From Eubacteriales bacterium (GTDB taxonomy: Bacteria > Bacillota > Clostridia > Oscillospirales > CAG-272): a stretch of DNA of 64,000 bases. The stretch spans positions 14,545-78,544 of the forward strand of contig JAZKZO010000038.1 of assembly GCA_045612665.1 (NCBI GenBank), read 5' to 3'. Positions 26,829-36,921 of the stretch are shown here, piece after piece. The notes under the pieces are model-generated. The model did no database searches. It was not told where the DNA came from and saw only the letters and a program-made list of their open reading frames with translations. The position numbers and the translations under genes were made by a program. Within the stretch, counting starts at the first letter, position 1, and every line of letters begins with the position of its first letter.

Positions 26829-28295
26829 ATGAATATATATGAGGATATCGCAAAAAGAACCAACGGGGAAATCTACATAGGCGTGGTTGGCCCTGTAAGA
26901 AGTGGAAAATCAACCTTTATCAAGAAATTTATGGACGGAGCTGTAATTCCGAGCATTGAATCCGATTATGACAGACAGCGCGCCAAGGACGAGACTCCGC
27001 AAAGTGCCTCAGGCAAGGCTATTATGACGACCGAGCCCAAATTTATACCCGACGAGGCGGTTTCGGTCAAGATAGGTGGCGCAAAAATGAAGGTGCGTCT
27101 AATTGACTGTGTGGGATATATGATAGACGGTGCGCTTGGTGCGAGCGAGGACGGCTCTCCGAGAATGGTTATGACACCTTGGTCGGATAAGCCTATGGAG
27201 TTTGAAAAAGCCGGTGAGCTTGGCACTAAAAAGGTAATTTGCGACCACTCTACCGTTGGAATGGTGGTTACCTCGGACGGCTCGTTTGGTGATTTTTCAA
27301 GAGATGATTACTTGGGCGCGGAAAGGCGCGTTATAGGAGAGCTTCACGAGCTTGGAAAGCCGTTTGTGATAATTTTAAATTCGGCAAATCCGTCAAGTGA
27401 TGCATCTCACGCATTAGCACTTGCGCTCGAGGAGAAATACGATGCGCCTGTTGCGCTTGTAAACGCGCTTGAAATCACCGAAGAGGATTTTGAGGGAATT
27501 ATGAAGCTTTTGCTCGGGCAATTTAGCATAAACGAAATAAAATTCAACCTTCCAAAATATGTTTCCTCACTTGATGGCGACCACTGGCTTAGGTCAAGCA
27601 TTGTTAGCTCTATTCGAAATTCGCTTGAGGGAGTGTCTAAAATTGATGATATTTCCGAGTGTGTTAAGGCGATTTCGAAAAACGAGTACATAAGCGAAGT
27701 GCCCGAATACGCATCTAATCTCGGCACGGGCGAAATCGAGGTTACAATCAAGCTAAACGACGATTTATATTACAAGATTATAAGCGAGCTTTGCGGTGTT
27801 GAAATCAGTGATGACGAGGCACTATTTAAATGTATCGCTTCGTTTAGTAATGCTAAAAAGGAGCTTGACAAGTTTACCGAGGCAATTGACGAGGTGAATG
27901 CGACGGGATACGGAATCGTATTGCCTGACGTAGATGATATGACGCTTGAAGAGCCCGAAATCGTTAAGCAAGCGGGCGCTTACGGTGTTAAGCTTCGTGC
28001 CTCTGCGCCGTCAATTCATATGATACGTGCGCAAATTGAAACCGAAATAAATCCAATTGTGGGCACTCAGGAGCAATCACAAGAAATAATCAAGTATATG
28101 CTTGAGGAGTTCGAGGATGAGCCAAAAAAGATTTGGGAGTCAAATATGTTTGGCAAATCTCTTTATGAGCTTGTAAACGAGGGCTTGCATGCAAAGCTTG
28201 AGCACATTTCCGACGATTCGCGTTCAAGACTTTCCGACACGCTCACAAGAGTCATAAACGAGGGCTCAGGCGGTCTTATTTGCATAATTTTATAA
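26829..28295 (+). CDS. spoIVA: stage IV sporulation protein A
   Basis: MNIYEDIAKRTNGEIYIGVVGPVRSGKSTFIKKFMD (Walker A); about 490 aa; C-terminal GGLICIIL. Confidence 0.95.
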   Translation: MNIYEDIAKRTNGEIYIGVVGPVRSGKSTFIKKFMDGAVIPSIESDYDRQRAKDETPQSASGKAIMTTEPKFIPDEAVSVKIGGAKMKVRLIDCVGYMIDGALGASEDGSPRMVMTPWSDKPMEFEKAGELGTKKVICDHSTVGMVVTSDGSFGDFSRDDYLGAERRVIGELHELGKPFVIILNSANPSSDASHALALALEEKYDAPVALVNALEITEEDFEGIMKLLLGQFSINEIKFNLPKYVSSLDGDHWLRSSIVSSIRNSLEGVSKIDDISECVKAISKNEYISEVPEYASNLGTGEIEVTIKLNDDLYYKIISELCGVEISDDEALFKCIASFSNAKKELDKFTEAIDEVNATGYGIVLPDVDDMTLEEPEIVKQAGAYGVKLRASAPSIHMIRAQIETEINPIVGTQEQSQEIIKYMLEEFEDEPKKIWESNMFGKSLYELVNEGLHAKLEHISDDSRSRLSDTLTRVINEGSGGLICIIL

Positions 28296-28353
28296 AAACA
28301 CAGGGGGATGTGTCGCTAATTTGTGGCATTCCCCTGTTTTTTGTTTGCAAATA

Positions 28354-28382
28354 TTGACAAAATCATTTCTTTATGTTATCAT
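28354..28382 (+). promoter_or_regulatory. sigma-A type promoter for the TM2-domain gene
   Basis: TTGACA (28354..28359), 17 nt, TATCAT (28377..28382). Confidence 0.55.
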
Positions 28383-28410
28383 ATATGTAGACTATTTTTG
28401 GAGGTGCGCT

Positions 28411-28782
28411 ATGTTTTGTAAGAGCTGTGGTACTGAACTAAAGGACGATGCAAGATTTTGTCCGTCGTGTGGTACAACGACAAATTTCACTCCTATAACT
28501 GTTGCTCAACCTGAGCTTGCCGAGCCTGTAAAGGTTCAAAAGGCAGAAAACAAGAAAAAGAAAACCGCATCTCTTCTCGGAATTTTCCTCGGTGGTATCG
28601 GTCTTCACAGATTTTATCTTGGTTACACAGGCACTGCTCTAATTCATATAATTTTATTCCTCGTTGGATTTTTAACCTTTGGTGTTTGCGCACTTGCCTC
28701 TTATATTTGGGCAATTGTTGACGTTGTAAGAATTTTAAGAGGAAAGATTGCAGTTGACGCAAATGATAATGAAATAATTTAA
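28411..28782 (+). CDS. zinc-ribbon plus TM2 domain membrane protein
   Basis: MFCKSCGTELKDDARFCPSCG zinc ribbon and GGIGLHRFYLGYTGTALIHIILF TM2 motif. GGAGGTG RBS. The ORF-track start at 28321 is a TTG upstream of the promoter. Confidence 0.8.
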   Translation: MFCKSCGTELKDDARFCPSCGTTTNFTPITVAQPELAEPVKVQKAENKKKKTASLLGIFLGGIGLHRFYLGYTGTALIHIILFLVGFLTFGVCALASYIWAIVDVVRILRGKIAVDANDNEII

Positions 28783-28809
28783 AAAAGGACTCTTTTGAGT
28801 CCTTTTTCT
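28783..28809 (+). terminator. intrinsic terminator
   Basis: aaaaggactc-tttt-gagtcctttttc. Confidence 0.7.
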
Positions 28810-28896
28810 TTATAGTCAATCCATATTTTCAACAAAAGCGCAATATTTCAAAGCCATTTTCCACCAAAAATTAATCTCGTATTACGAACGAGCCAT

Positions 28897-28927
28897 AAAA
28901 AAATGGACACAAAAGTGTCCATTTTTT
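28897..28927 (-). terminator. intrinsic terminator of the str operon (after tuf)
   Basis: aaaaaaatggacac-aaaa-gtgtccatttttt. Confidence 0.75.
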
Positions 28928-28944
28928 ATTTAGTATCGGTAAAA

Positions 28945-30147
28945 TTACTCGATGATTTCAGAAACCTTACCTGAACCTACTGTACGACCACCCTCACGGA
29001 TAGCGAACTTAAGACCGTTCTCGATAGCGATAGGAGTGATGAGCTCAACTTCCATAGTCAAGTTGTCACCAGGCTTAGCCATGTCGGTGTCCTTAAGTGT
29101 GATGATACCAGTAACGTCAGTTGTTCTGATATAGAACTGAGGTCTGTAGTTTGAGAAGAATGGCTTTGAACGGCCGCCTTCCTTTTCAGTAAGAATATAT
29201 ACAGTACCTACGAACTTCTTGTGTGGGTTGATTGAACCTGGCTTGCAGAGAACCTGTCCTCTTTCGATTTCGTTCTTCTGAACGCCACGGAGAAGGAGAC
29301 CTACGTTGTCACCAGCTTCAGCAGAGTCCATAAGCTTGTGGAACATCTCGATACCGGTAATAACTGTCTTTCTTCTTTCGTCTGTAAGACCAACGATTTC
29401 AACTTCGTCTGCCATCTTAACAGTACCACGCTCTACTCTACCTGTAGAAACAGTACCACGACCAGAAATTGAGAATACGTCCTCTACTGGGAGAAGGAAT
29501 GGGAGATCAGCCTTTCTGTCAGGAGTTGGGATGTATGAGTCAACAGCATCCATAAGCTCCCAAATGCAAGCGTACTCAGGTGCGCTAGCATCCTTGTTTT
29601 CGGACATAAGAGCGTTTCTTGCAGATCCACGAACGATCGGAATGTCGTCACCTGGGAATTCATACTCGCTAAGGAGTTCTCTGATTTCCATCTCAACGAG
29701 GTCGAGAAGTTCTGGGTCGTCAACGTCATCACACTTGTTGATGAAGATTACGAGAGCTGGAACGCCTACCTGACGAGCAAGAAGAACGTGCTCACGAGTC
29801 TGAGCCATAGGGCCGTCTGTACCAGCAACAACGAGGATTGCACCGTCCATCTGAGCTGCACCAGTAATCATGTTCTTTACATAGTCAGCGTGGCCAGGGC
29901 AGTCAACGTGAGCGTAGTGACGAGCGTCAGTTTCGTACTCAACGTGACGGGAGTTGATTGTGATACCTCTTTCTCTTTCTTCAGGACAGTTGTCGATTTG
30001 GCTGTAGTCCAAGAAGTCGATGTTAGAGTTCTTGAGTGAGAGGGTCTTTGTGATAGCCGCGGTCAAGGTTGTCTTACCGTGGTCAACGTGACCGATGGTA
30101 CCAATGTTAACGTGTGGTTTGGTTCTTTCAAATTTAGCCTTTGCCAT
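28945..30147 (-). CDS. tuf: elongation factor Tu
   Basis: [17 protein letters not shown] and NKCD motifs; 400 aa. Confidence 0.97.
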   Translation of the reverse strand: MAKAKFERTKPHVNIGTIGHVDHGKTTLTAAITKTLSLKNSNIDFLDYSQIDNCPEERERGITINSRHVEYETDARHYAHVDCPGHADYVKNMITGAAQMDGAILVVAGTDGPMAQTREHVLLARQVGVPALVIFINKCDDVDDPELLDLVEMEIRELLSEYEFPGDDIPIVRGSARNALMSENKDASAPEYACIWELMDAVDSYIPTPDRKADLPFLLPVEDVFSISGRGTVSTGRVERGTVKMADEVEIVGLTDERRKTVITGIEMFHKLMDSAEAGDNVGLLLRGVQKNEIERGQVLCKPGSINPHKKFVGTVYILTEKEGGRSKPFFSNYRPQFYIRTTDVTGIITLKDTDMAKPGDNLTMEVELITPIAIENGLKFAIREGGRTVGSGKVSEIIE

Positions 30148-30208
30148 TTGAGTTTTCCTCCATAAATTAAATATATTTGTTTTTTGTTTTTTATTTTATG
30201 AACAATAA

Positions 30209-32311
30209 TTAGTTGTTCTTTGCACGGGTTGCAATGATTGCATCCTGTACGCTCTTTGGAACCTCAGCGAAGTGGTCAGGCTCCATTGAGTAGTTAGCTC
30301 TTCCCTGTGTGGATGAACGGAGAGTTGTTGCATAACCGAACATTTCAGCAAGTGGAACCATAGCGGTGATCTGTTGAGCACCAGCAACAGGGTCCATAGA
30401 CTGGATTTGTCCACGACGAGAGTTAAGAGTACCGATAACGTCTCCCATGTAATCATCAGGAGTTACAACTACAACCTTCATAATTGGCTCAGTAAGAACA
30501 GGGTCTGCCTTTCTCATAGCTTCCTTGAAAGCCATAGAAGCAGCGATCTTAAATGCCATTTCGGATGAGTCAACTTCGTGGTATGATCCATCATAGAGAG
30601 TTATCTTAAAGTCAACAACGTTGTAGCCTGCGAGTACACCGGTCTGAGATGCAGCCTGAATACCTGCGTCAACACATGGGATGTATTCCTTTGGAATAGC
30701 ACCACCAACAACCTTGTTGATGAATTCGTAGCCCTTACCTGGCTCGTTTGGTTCCATAATGATCTTAACGTGACCATATTGACCCTTACCACCAGACTGA
30801 CGAGCATACTTGTGGTCAACATCAGCGCTTCTTCTGATTGTTTCCTTATAAGCAACCTGTGGCTTACCAACGTTAGCCTCTACCTTGAATTCACGAAGGA
30901 GACGGTCAACAATGATCTCGAGGTGAAGCTCACCCATTCCGGCGATGATTGTTTGTCCTGTTTCCTCATCAGTGTAGGTTCTAAATGTTGGGTCTTCCTC
31001 AGCAAGCTTTGCAAGAGCAAGTCCCATCTTTTCCTGTCCAGCCTTAGTCTTAGGCTCAACAGCAACACGGATAACTGGCTCTGGGAATTCCATTGATTCA
31101 AGAATAATAGGAGCCTTTTCGTCACAGAAGGTATCACCTGTTGTGGTATTCTTTACACCGATAACGGCTGCGATATCACCTGCATAGCATACGTCGATAT
31201 CAGCTCTATCGTTAGCGTGCATTTGAAGAATACGACCGAATCTCTCTGTCTTATCCTTTGAGGAGTTATAAACTGTTGTACCTGCTTGAACTGCACCTGA
31301 ATATACGCGGAAGAAGCAAAGCTTTCCAACGAATGGGTCAGTCATAATCTTGAATGCAAGTGCGGAGAATGGTTCTGTGTCGCTTGAGTGACGAACATCC
31401 TCTTCACCTGTTTCTGGGTTTACACCCTTGATAGCAGGGATATCAGTAGGAGCAGGCATATACTCGATAACTGCATCGAGAAGCTTTTGTACTCCCTTGT
31501 TCTTATAAGATGTTCCGCAAGTTACAGGAACGATCTTGTTTTCAATTACAGCCTTACGAAGTGCAGCCTTGAGTTCTTCCATAGAAGGCTCCTCGCCCTC
31601 AAGGTACATCATCATAAGATCGTCATCGGTTTCGCAGATAGACTCGATCAAGTTTGATCTATACTCTTCTGCCTTTGAAAGCATATCAGCAGGGATATCT
31701 TCAACTCTCATATCCTTACCGAGGTCGTCGTAATAAACGTCAGCCTTCATTTCAAAAAGGTCGATGATACCTTTAAAAGTGTCTTCAGAGCCGATTGGCA
31801 ACTGAATCGGAACTGCGTTAGCATGGAGTCTTTCCTTCATCATGCCTACAACTCTATAGAAGTCTGCACCCATGATGTCCATCTTGTTAACGTATGCCAT
31901 ACGTGGCACGCCGTACTCGTCAGCCTGTCTCCATACGGTTTCAGACTGAGGCTCTACGCCGCCCTTCGCACAGAAAACGGTAACAGATCCGTCAAGTACT
32001 TTAAGAGAACGCTGTACCTCAACGGTGAAGTCAACGTGGCCAGGGGTATCAATGATGTTGATACGAGTTGCTGGGAACTGACCTGCTGAGCCTGCCCAGA
32101 AGCATGTAGTAGCAGCAGAAGTAATTGTGATACCTCTTTCCTGCTCCTGTGCCATCCAGTCCATTGTAGCAGATCCTTCGTGAGTTTCACCTATTTTGTG
32201 TGTTTTACCAGTGTAAAACAAGATACGCTCGGTAGTAGTGGTCTTACCTGCGTCGATATGAGCCATAATACCGATATTACGAGTATTTTCAAGTGAATAT
32301 TCTCTTGGCAT
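30209..32311 (-). CDS. fusA: elongation factor G
   Basis: [17 protein letters not shown] and NKMD motifs; 700 aa. Confidence 0.97.
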   Translation of the reverse strand: MPREYSLENTRNIGIMAHIDAGKTTTTERILFYTGKTHKIGETHEGSATMDWMAQEQERGITITSAATTCFWAGSAGQFPATRINIIDTPGHVDFTVEVQRSLKVLDGSVTVFCAKGGVEPQSETVWRQADEYGVPRMAYVNKMDIMGADFYRVVGMMKERLHANAVPIQLPIGSEDTFKGIIDLFEMKADVYYDDLGKDMRVEDIPADMLSKAEEYRSNLIESICETDDDLMMMYLEGEEPSMEELKAALRKAVIENKIVPVTCGTSYKNKGVQKLLDAVIEYMPAPTDIPAIKGVNPETGEEDVRHSSDTEPFSALAFKIMTDPFVGKLCFFRVYSGAVQAGTTVYNSSKDKTERFGRILQMHANDRADIDVCYAGDIAAVIGVKNTTTGDTFCDEKAPIILESMEFPEPVIRVAVEPKTKAGQEKMGLALAKLAEEDPTFRTYTDEETGQTIIAGMGELHLEIIVDRLLREFKVEANVGKPQVAYKETIRRSADVDHKYARQSGGKGQYGHVKIIMEPNEPGKGYEFINKVVGGAIPKEYIPCVDAGIQAASQTGVLAGYNVVDFKITLYDGSYHEVDSSEMAFKIAASMAFKEAMRKADPVLTEPIMKVVVVTPDDYMGDVIGTLNSRRGQIQSMDPVAGAQQITAMVPLAEMFGYATTLRSSTQGRANYSMEPDHFAEVPKSVQDAIIATRAKNN

Positions 32312-32342
32312 CTGTTTTTCCTTTCATGCGATTAGGACGCAA

Positions 32343-32813
32343 TTAATATCTGTAATGAGCGAAAGCCTTGTTAGCTTCTGCCATTCTATGTGTTTCTTCT
32401 TTCTTCTTGAAAGCTCCACCCATGCTATTCTTAGCATCGAGGATTTCGCCTGCAAGTCTCTCAGCCATGGTCTTTTCACCACGGTTTCTTGAGTAGTTTG
32501 TGATCCAACGAAGACCAAGTGTTTGTCTTCTCTCAGCTCTTACTTCCATAGGTACCTGATAGTTAGAGCCACCAATACGGCGAGCCTTAACCTCCAATAC
32601 AGGCATTACGTTCTCAAGAGCCTGAGTGAATGCTTCAAGTCCGTTTTGACCAGTCTTTTCTTCAACCATCTTGAATGCGTCGTAAACAATCTTTTGAGCA
32701 ACGCCCTTCTTACCATCAAGCATAATGTTGTTGATGAGCTTTGTTACGAGCTTTGAATTATAAAGTGGATCTGGCAAAACATCTCTTTTGGAAATTTGAC
32801 CTCTTCTCGGCAC
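32343..32813 (-). CDS. rpsG: 30S ribosomal protein S7
   Basis: [30 protein letters not shown] 32813 is preceded by GGAGGG at ideal spacing. The ORF-track ATG at 32831 lies just upstream of and partly overlaps that RBS. Confidence 0.9.
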   Translation of the reverse strand: MPRRGQISKRDVLPDPLYNSKLVTKLINNIMLDGKKGVAQKIVYDAFKMVEEKTGQNGLEAFTQALENVMPVLEVKARRIGGSNYQVPMEVRAERRQTLGLRWITNYSRNRGEKTMAERLAGEILDAKNSMGGAFKKKEETHRMAEANKAFAHYRY

Positions 32814-32968
32814 TTTACTTCCCTCCTTCATTAAAAATATGATATCATTGGTACTCGAAAGAAAATTCTCCCGTTCAGTCCGTCAAGTGTCACTGATAAT
32901 AAACATTTATTCAGATTGACAAGTTCGGAACCTTGGTAAATTTAACTTTTAAGATTACCTCGCTAAGC

Positions 32969-33385
32969 TTATTTCTTCTTAGCGCGCTTTGCACCGTACT
33001 TAGAACGGCTTTGGTTACGGTTTGCTACGCCTTGTGCGTCGAGCGTACCGCGGATAATGTGGTAACGGCATCCAGGCAAGTCACGAACTCTTCCTCCGCG
33101 AATAAGAACAACTGAGTGCTCCTGAAGGTTGTGTCCGATACCAGGAATGTAGGATGTTACTTCCATACCGTTTGTGAGCTTAACTCTTGCAATCTTACGA
33201 AGAGCTGAGTTTGGCTTCTTAGGTGTGGTTGTTGTAACCTTTGTACAAACGCCTCTCTTTTGAGGTGCGCTTTGTTCAACTACTTTATTCTTCAATGTGT
33301 TGAATGTTGATTGAAGAACTGGTGTCTTGGACTTGTAGGTCTTATCCGATCTACCTTGTCTTACCAATTGGTTAAAGGTTGGCAT
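32969..33385 (-). CDS. rpsL: 30S ribosomal protein S12
   Basis: [12 protein letters not shown]...[19 protein letters not shown]; 138 aa. Confidence 0.97.
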   Translation of the reverse strand: MPTFNQLVRQGRSDKTYKSKTPVLQSTFNTLKNKVVEQSAPQKRGVCTKVTTTTPKKPNSALRKIARVKLTNGMEVTSYIPGIGHNLQEHSVVLIRGGRVRDLPGCRYHIIRGTLDAQGVANRNQSRSKYGAKRAKKK

Positions 33386-33510
33386 TTTTTTCCTCCTTTT
33401 CTCAGAATAAATGTTTATACATCAGCCCCTTGCGGGACGAGGTACCGTTTTCTTGGTGCTCCTTATATATAGGCGCAATTATACCTTTTTAATGGAAATA
33501 CACCGAACAC

Positions 33511-33539
33511 ATTATATCACTTAAAATAAATTGTGTCAA
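33511..33539 (-). promoter_or_regulatory. consensus sigma-A promoter of the str operon
   Basis: Minus strand reads TTGACA (33539..33534), 17 nt, TATAAT (33516..33511), giving a leader of about 120 nt. Confidence 0.65.
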
Positions 33540-33653
33540 GAAAAAGTGATTTTTTTAAATAAATTCTACATATTGCACAAAAAAATCGAGATTTACCATT
33601 CTCTTTGTGTGGATTTTTAGGGCAATATTCACAAAAATTTGCGTTTTTTAAAG

Positions 33654-33681
33654 AAAATCACAGCTTGTCGGCTGTGATTTT
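33654..33681 (-). terminator. intrinsic terminator after ftsZ
   Basis: aaaatcacagc-ttgtcg-gctgtgatttt. Confidence 0.7.
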
Positions 33682-33712
33682 TCTTCATTTAGTTAATAGT
33701 TATTATATAAGA

Positions 33713-34825
33713 TTAGTACTTTTTAGAGCTAAATTCTTCGCCCTGATTTTTTCTTGCCTTGTTAATCATATCGATTATGTCAGCACAGTCATCCTCTTGG
33801 ATAACCGGTGCTTGCTTAAGCTCGATTTCATCAACAACCTCGGCATCAATCTTGATGTTCTTATTAGGAAGCTTATCAAATCCGGTCGCGATAATGGTAA
33901 CCTTAACGGTATCCTCGAGAGTCGGGTCAAAGGTAGCGCCCCAAATGATATTTGCGTCAATTGCAGCCTCCTCGGTAATCATTGAGGAAGCAACATCAAT
34001 CTCGTCAAGCTCAACGTCGGGAGAAACGGTTATGTTAATTACAATACCGTGTGCACCGTTGATTGAGGTTTCAAGAAGTGGGCTACTGATAGCAGACTTC
34101 GCAGCCTCGATAGCCTTATTAGGTCCTTTAGCCTCGCCAACACCCATGTGGGCAAGACCTGCGTTTCTCATAACCGAGGAAACGTCGGCAAAGTCGAGGT
34201 TTACAAATCCAACTACGTTGATAAGGTCGGAAATACTCTTAACACCGTGCTTCAAAACGTCGTCCGCCTTTGCAAACGCGTTCATAAGAGTAATCTTCTC
34301 CTCTGACACCTCTTTGAGTCTTTCGTTAGGAATAACGACAAGGGAGTCTACATATTTTGAGAGCTCCTTAATACCGGAGTCAGCCTGCGACATTCTGCGT
34401 CCGCCCTCAAATTTGAAGGGCTTTGTAACAATTCCTACTGTGAGTATTCCAAGCTCCTTCGCAACTCTTGCAACAACAGGAGCAGCACCAGTACCTGTTC
34501 CACCACCCATACCGGTAGCAACGAACACCATATCCGCACCGTCAAGTGCTTTTCTTATTTCATCAACGCTTTCCTCAGCTGCACGAAGTCCCATTTCAGG
34601 GTTAGCACCTGCACCGTTACCTTTGGTAACCTGCTCACCGATACAAATTCTTGTAGCAGCCTCGCTTTTCAAAAGTGCAGGACGGTCAGTATTAACCGCG
34701 ATAAACTGCACTCCCTTTATATTCGAGGAAATCATTCTATTTACTGCGTTGTTTCCGCCACCGCCTACTCCAACGACTCTTATATCAACACCTGATTCAA
34801 AATCATTATCAAGCTCAAAAGCCAT
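33713..34825 (-). CDS. ftsZ: cell division protein FtsZ
   Basis: MAFELDNDFESGVDIRVVGVGGGGNNAVNRM and GMGGGTGTGAAPVVA signature. ATG 34825 has a GGAGG RBS. Confidence 0.95.
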   Translation of the reverse strand: MAFELDNDFESGVDIRVVGVGGGGNNAVNRMISSNIKGVQFIAVNTDRPALLKSEAATRICIGEQVTKGNGAGANPEMGLRAAEESVDEIRKALDGADMVFVATGMGGGTGTGAAPVVARVAKELGILTVGIVTKPFKFEGGRRMSQADSGIKELSKYVDSLVVIPNERLKEVSEEKITLMNAFAKADDVLKHGVKSISDLINVVGFVNLDFADVSSVMRNAGLAHMGVGEAKGPNKAIEAAKSAISSPLLETSINGAHGIVINITVSPDVELDEIDVASSMITEEAAIDANIIWGATFDPTLEDTVKVTIIATGFDKLPNKNIKIDAEVVDEIELKQAPVIQEDDCADIIDMINKARKNQGEEFSSKKY

Positions 34826-34951
34826 TTTATACCTCCATCCGAGCAAAAAAGCCCGTACATTATTTCTCATTTTATATGATACAACATTTTTCGAAGCTTT
34901 TCAAGGGCTATTTAAAAAATAATTAAATATTTAAATTCGTAAAATTAATAA

Positions 34952-34980
34952 TTGACAACTCAACATTTTTAGTGTAAAAT
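34952..34980 (+). promoter_or_regulatory. sigma-A type promoter for the capD-like gene
   Basis: TTGACA (34952..34957), 17 nt, TAAAAT (34975..34980). Confidence 0.6.
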
Positions 34981-35040
34981 ATCAATGGAGAGCTCGCGCT
35001 CGCATCGTCTTTTCTAAGGCGTTCACTTTAAGGAGAATTT

Positions 35041-36885
35041 ATGAGAAAGTCTTTAACCTACAAGCTTAAGCCTTGGCTTTTATCACTGGCATTTTGCATA
35101 TGCTATGTATTTTCAATATTCTTTAACCATTCGTTTATTTTCCAACACGACGTGTGGCACTTTTTCAGCGATGGCTGGAGCTTCTCGCTCGTTGGTCTTG
35201 CGATAACGATTGCGGGCGTATGGCTAACCAAGCTTCACCACTGTGCTCTTTCGCACGTTGGAATGACAGAGCTTTCTAAGGTTGTTGGAATCAATGCGAC
35301 CATCCTGATTGCAAATATTATCATTTGCGCTTTGCCTGTTTCCTGCATTACGCCTCAGGGCTGTGTGGTTATCTTTCTTCTAGGAAACGCTACGTTCTTG
35401 GGACTTTTGTTCTCGTATAGAATTTTGGCTGCTACTCGCAGATACATAAGCATGCGCAAAAACGAAAAGGGAAAGAAAACTCTTATCGTAGGTGCGGGCA
35501 AGGCAGGCGTTGCCATTGCCAAGGAAATACTCAATTCAAATAAATTAAGCTATTCTCTTGTAGGATTTATCGATGACGACCCTGCAAAGCAACACACCTC
35601 AATCTTCGGATATCACGTTCTTGGATATTCAACCGATATTCCGGCATTAGTTAAAGAAAACAAGATTGAAACGATTATTATTGCAATTCCATCAGCCGAC
35701 GTCGAGGTTATAAAGCAGTTATCCTCTACCTGTGTTGCTTGCAAGTGCGAGGTTAAGGTTCTCCCCGGCATTTATCAGCTTATAAACGGACAGGTTTCGG
35801 TTCAGCGTCTTCGCGACGTTGATATAAACGACCTCTTGGGCAGAGATCCCGTACAAACAAATCTTGACGAGGTTATGGGCTACATTGAGGGTCAAACCGT
35901 TCTTGTAACAGGTGGCGGTGGCTCTATCGGTAGTGAGCTTTGCAGACAAATTGCCGACCATTCGCCAAAAAGACTTATTATCGTTGACATTTACGAAAAC
36001 ACCACGTACGACGTTCAGCTTGAACTAAAGAGAAAGCATCCCGAGCTTGATCTCATTGTTTTAATCGCTTCTATTCGCGATAGCTCAAGAATGGATGCAA
36101 TTTTCAATCTTTACCGTCCCGACATTGTATTCCATGCGGCTGCACACAAGCACGTTCCTCTAATGGAAGACTCGCCAAACGAGGCTGTTAAGAATAACAT
36201 CATCGGCACATACAAGGTTGCAAAATGCGCCGACAAATACTCAGTTAAAACCTTTGTTCAAATTTCCACGGACAAGGCGGTTAATCCCACTAACATAATG
36301 GGTGCGACAAAGCGCGTTTGTGAAATGATTATTCAGTATTTTGCCAAAATCTCCAAAACATCCTTCGTTGCGGTAAGATTTGGTAACGTTCTTGGCTCTA
36401 ACGGCTCGGTAATTCCTCTCTTTAAAAAGCAAATTGAGGCAGGCGGACCTGTAACCGTAACTCACAAGGACATAATAAGATACTTTATGACCATTCCTGA
36501 GGCGGTAAGCCTTGTGCTTCAAGCAGGCGCTTATGCAAAGGGTGGCGAGATATTCGTGCTTGATATGGGTGAGCAGGTTAAAATTTACGACCTTGCAAAG
36601 AACCTCATCCGTCTTTCAGGCTACGAGCCCGGTAAGGATATTAAAATTGAAATCACGGGTCTTCGTCCAGGCGAAAAGCTCTACGAGGAGCGTCTTATGG
36701 CTGAGGAAGGACTTATCAAGACGGCAAACGACAAGATAAGCATCGGAAAGCCTATTGACTTTGACGAGGACAAGCTTATCGAGGTTTTGGACAAGCTTTA
36801 CGACGAGGCCTATGCCGAAAGCGACGACATAAAGAGGCTCGTTAAGGAATTAGTTCCAACATATCAAATTTACAAAGAGCAATAA
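35041..36885 (+). CDS. membrane-bound polysaccharide biosynthesis NDP-sugar 4,6-dehydratase/epimerase (CapD/PglF/WbpM family)
   Basis: N-terminal TM segments, two Rossmann regions (LIVGAGKAG and VTGGGGSIGSELCRQ) and the typical C-terminal ...PGEKLYEE. Confidence 0.85.
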   Translation: MRKSLTYKLKPWLLSLAFCICYVFSIFFNHSFIFQHDVWHFFSDGWSFSLVGLAITIAGVWLTKLHHCALSHVGMTELSKVVGINATILIANIIICALPVSCITPQGCVVIFLLGNATFLGLLFSYRILAATRRYISMRKNEKGKKTLIVGAGKAGVAIAKEILNSNKLSYSLVGFIDDDPAKQHTSIFGYHVLGYSTDIPALVKENKIETIIIAIPSADVEVIKQLSSTCVACKCEVKVLPGIYQLINGQVSVQRLRDVDINDLLGRDPVQTNLDEVMGYIEGQTVLVTGGGGSIGSELCRQIADHSPKRLIIVDIYENTTYDVQLELKRKHPELDLIVLIASIRDSSRMDAIFNLYRPDIVFHAAAHKHVPLMEDSPNEAVKNNIIGTYKVAKCADKYSVKTFVQISTDKAVNPTNIMGATKRVCEMIIQYFAKISKTSFVAVRFGNVLGSNGSVIPLFKKQIEAGGPVTVTHKDIIRYFMTIPEAVSLVLQAGAYAKGGEIFVLDMGEQVKIYDLAKNLIRLSGYEPGKDIKIEITGLRPGEKLYEERLMAEEGLIKTANDKISIGKPIDFDEDKLIEVLDKLYDEAYAESDDIKRLVKELVPTYQIYKEQ

Positions 36886-36887
36886 AC

Positions 36888-36920
36888 AAAAATCTCCAAC
36901 CGAGTGGTTGGAGATTTTAT
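36888..36920. terminator. bidirectional intrinsic terminator
   Basis: aaaaatctccaacc-gagt-ggttggagatttt. Confidence 0.75.
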
Positions 36921-36921
36921 T

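Noticed and set aside
33759-34922. 387-aa ORF on the plus strand
   Set aside because: It is exactly antisense to ftsZ. Its Ser/Thr/Ala/Pro-rich low-complexity translation mirrors the Gly/Ala/Val-rich ftsZ frame. It has no RBS and no family resemblance.
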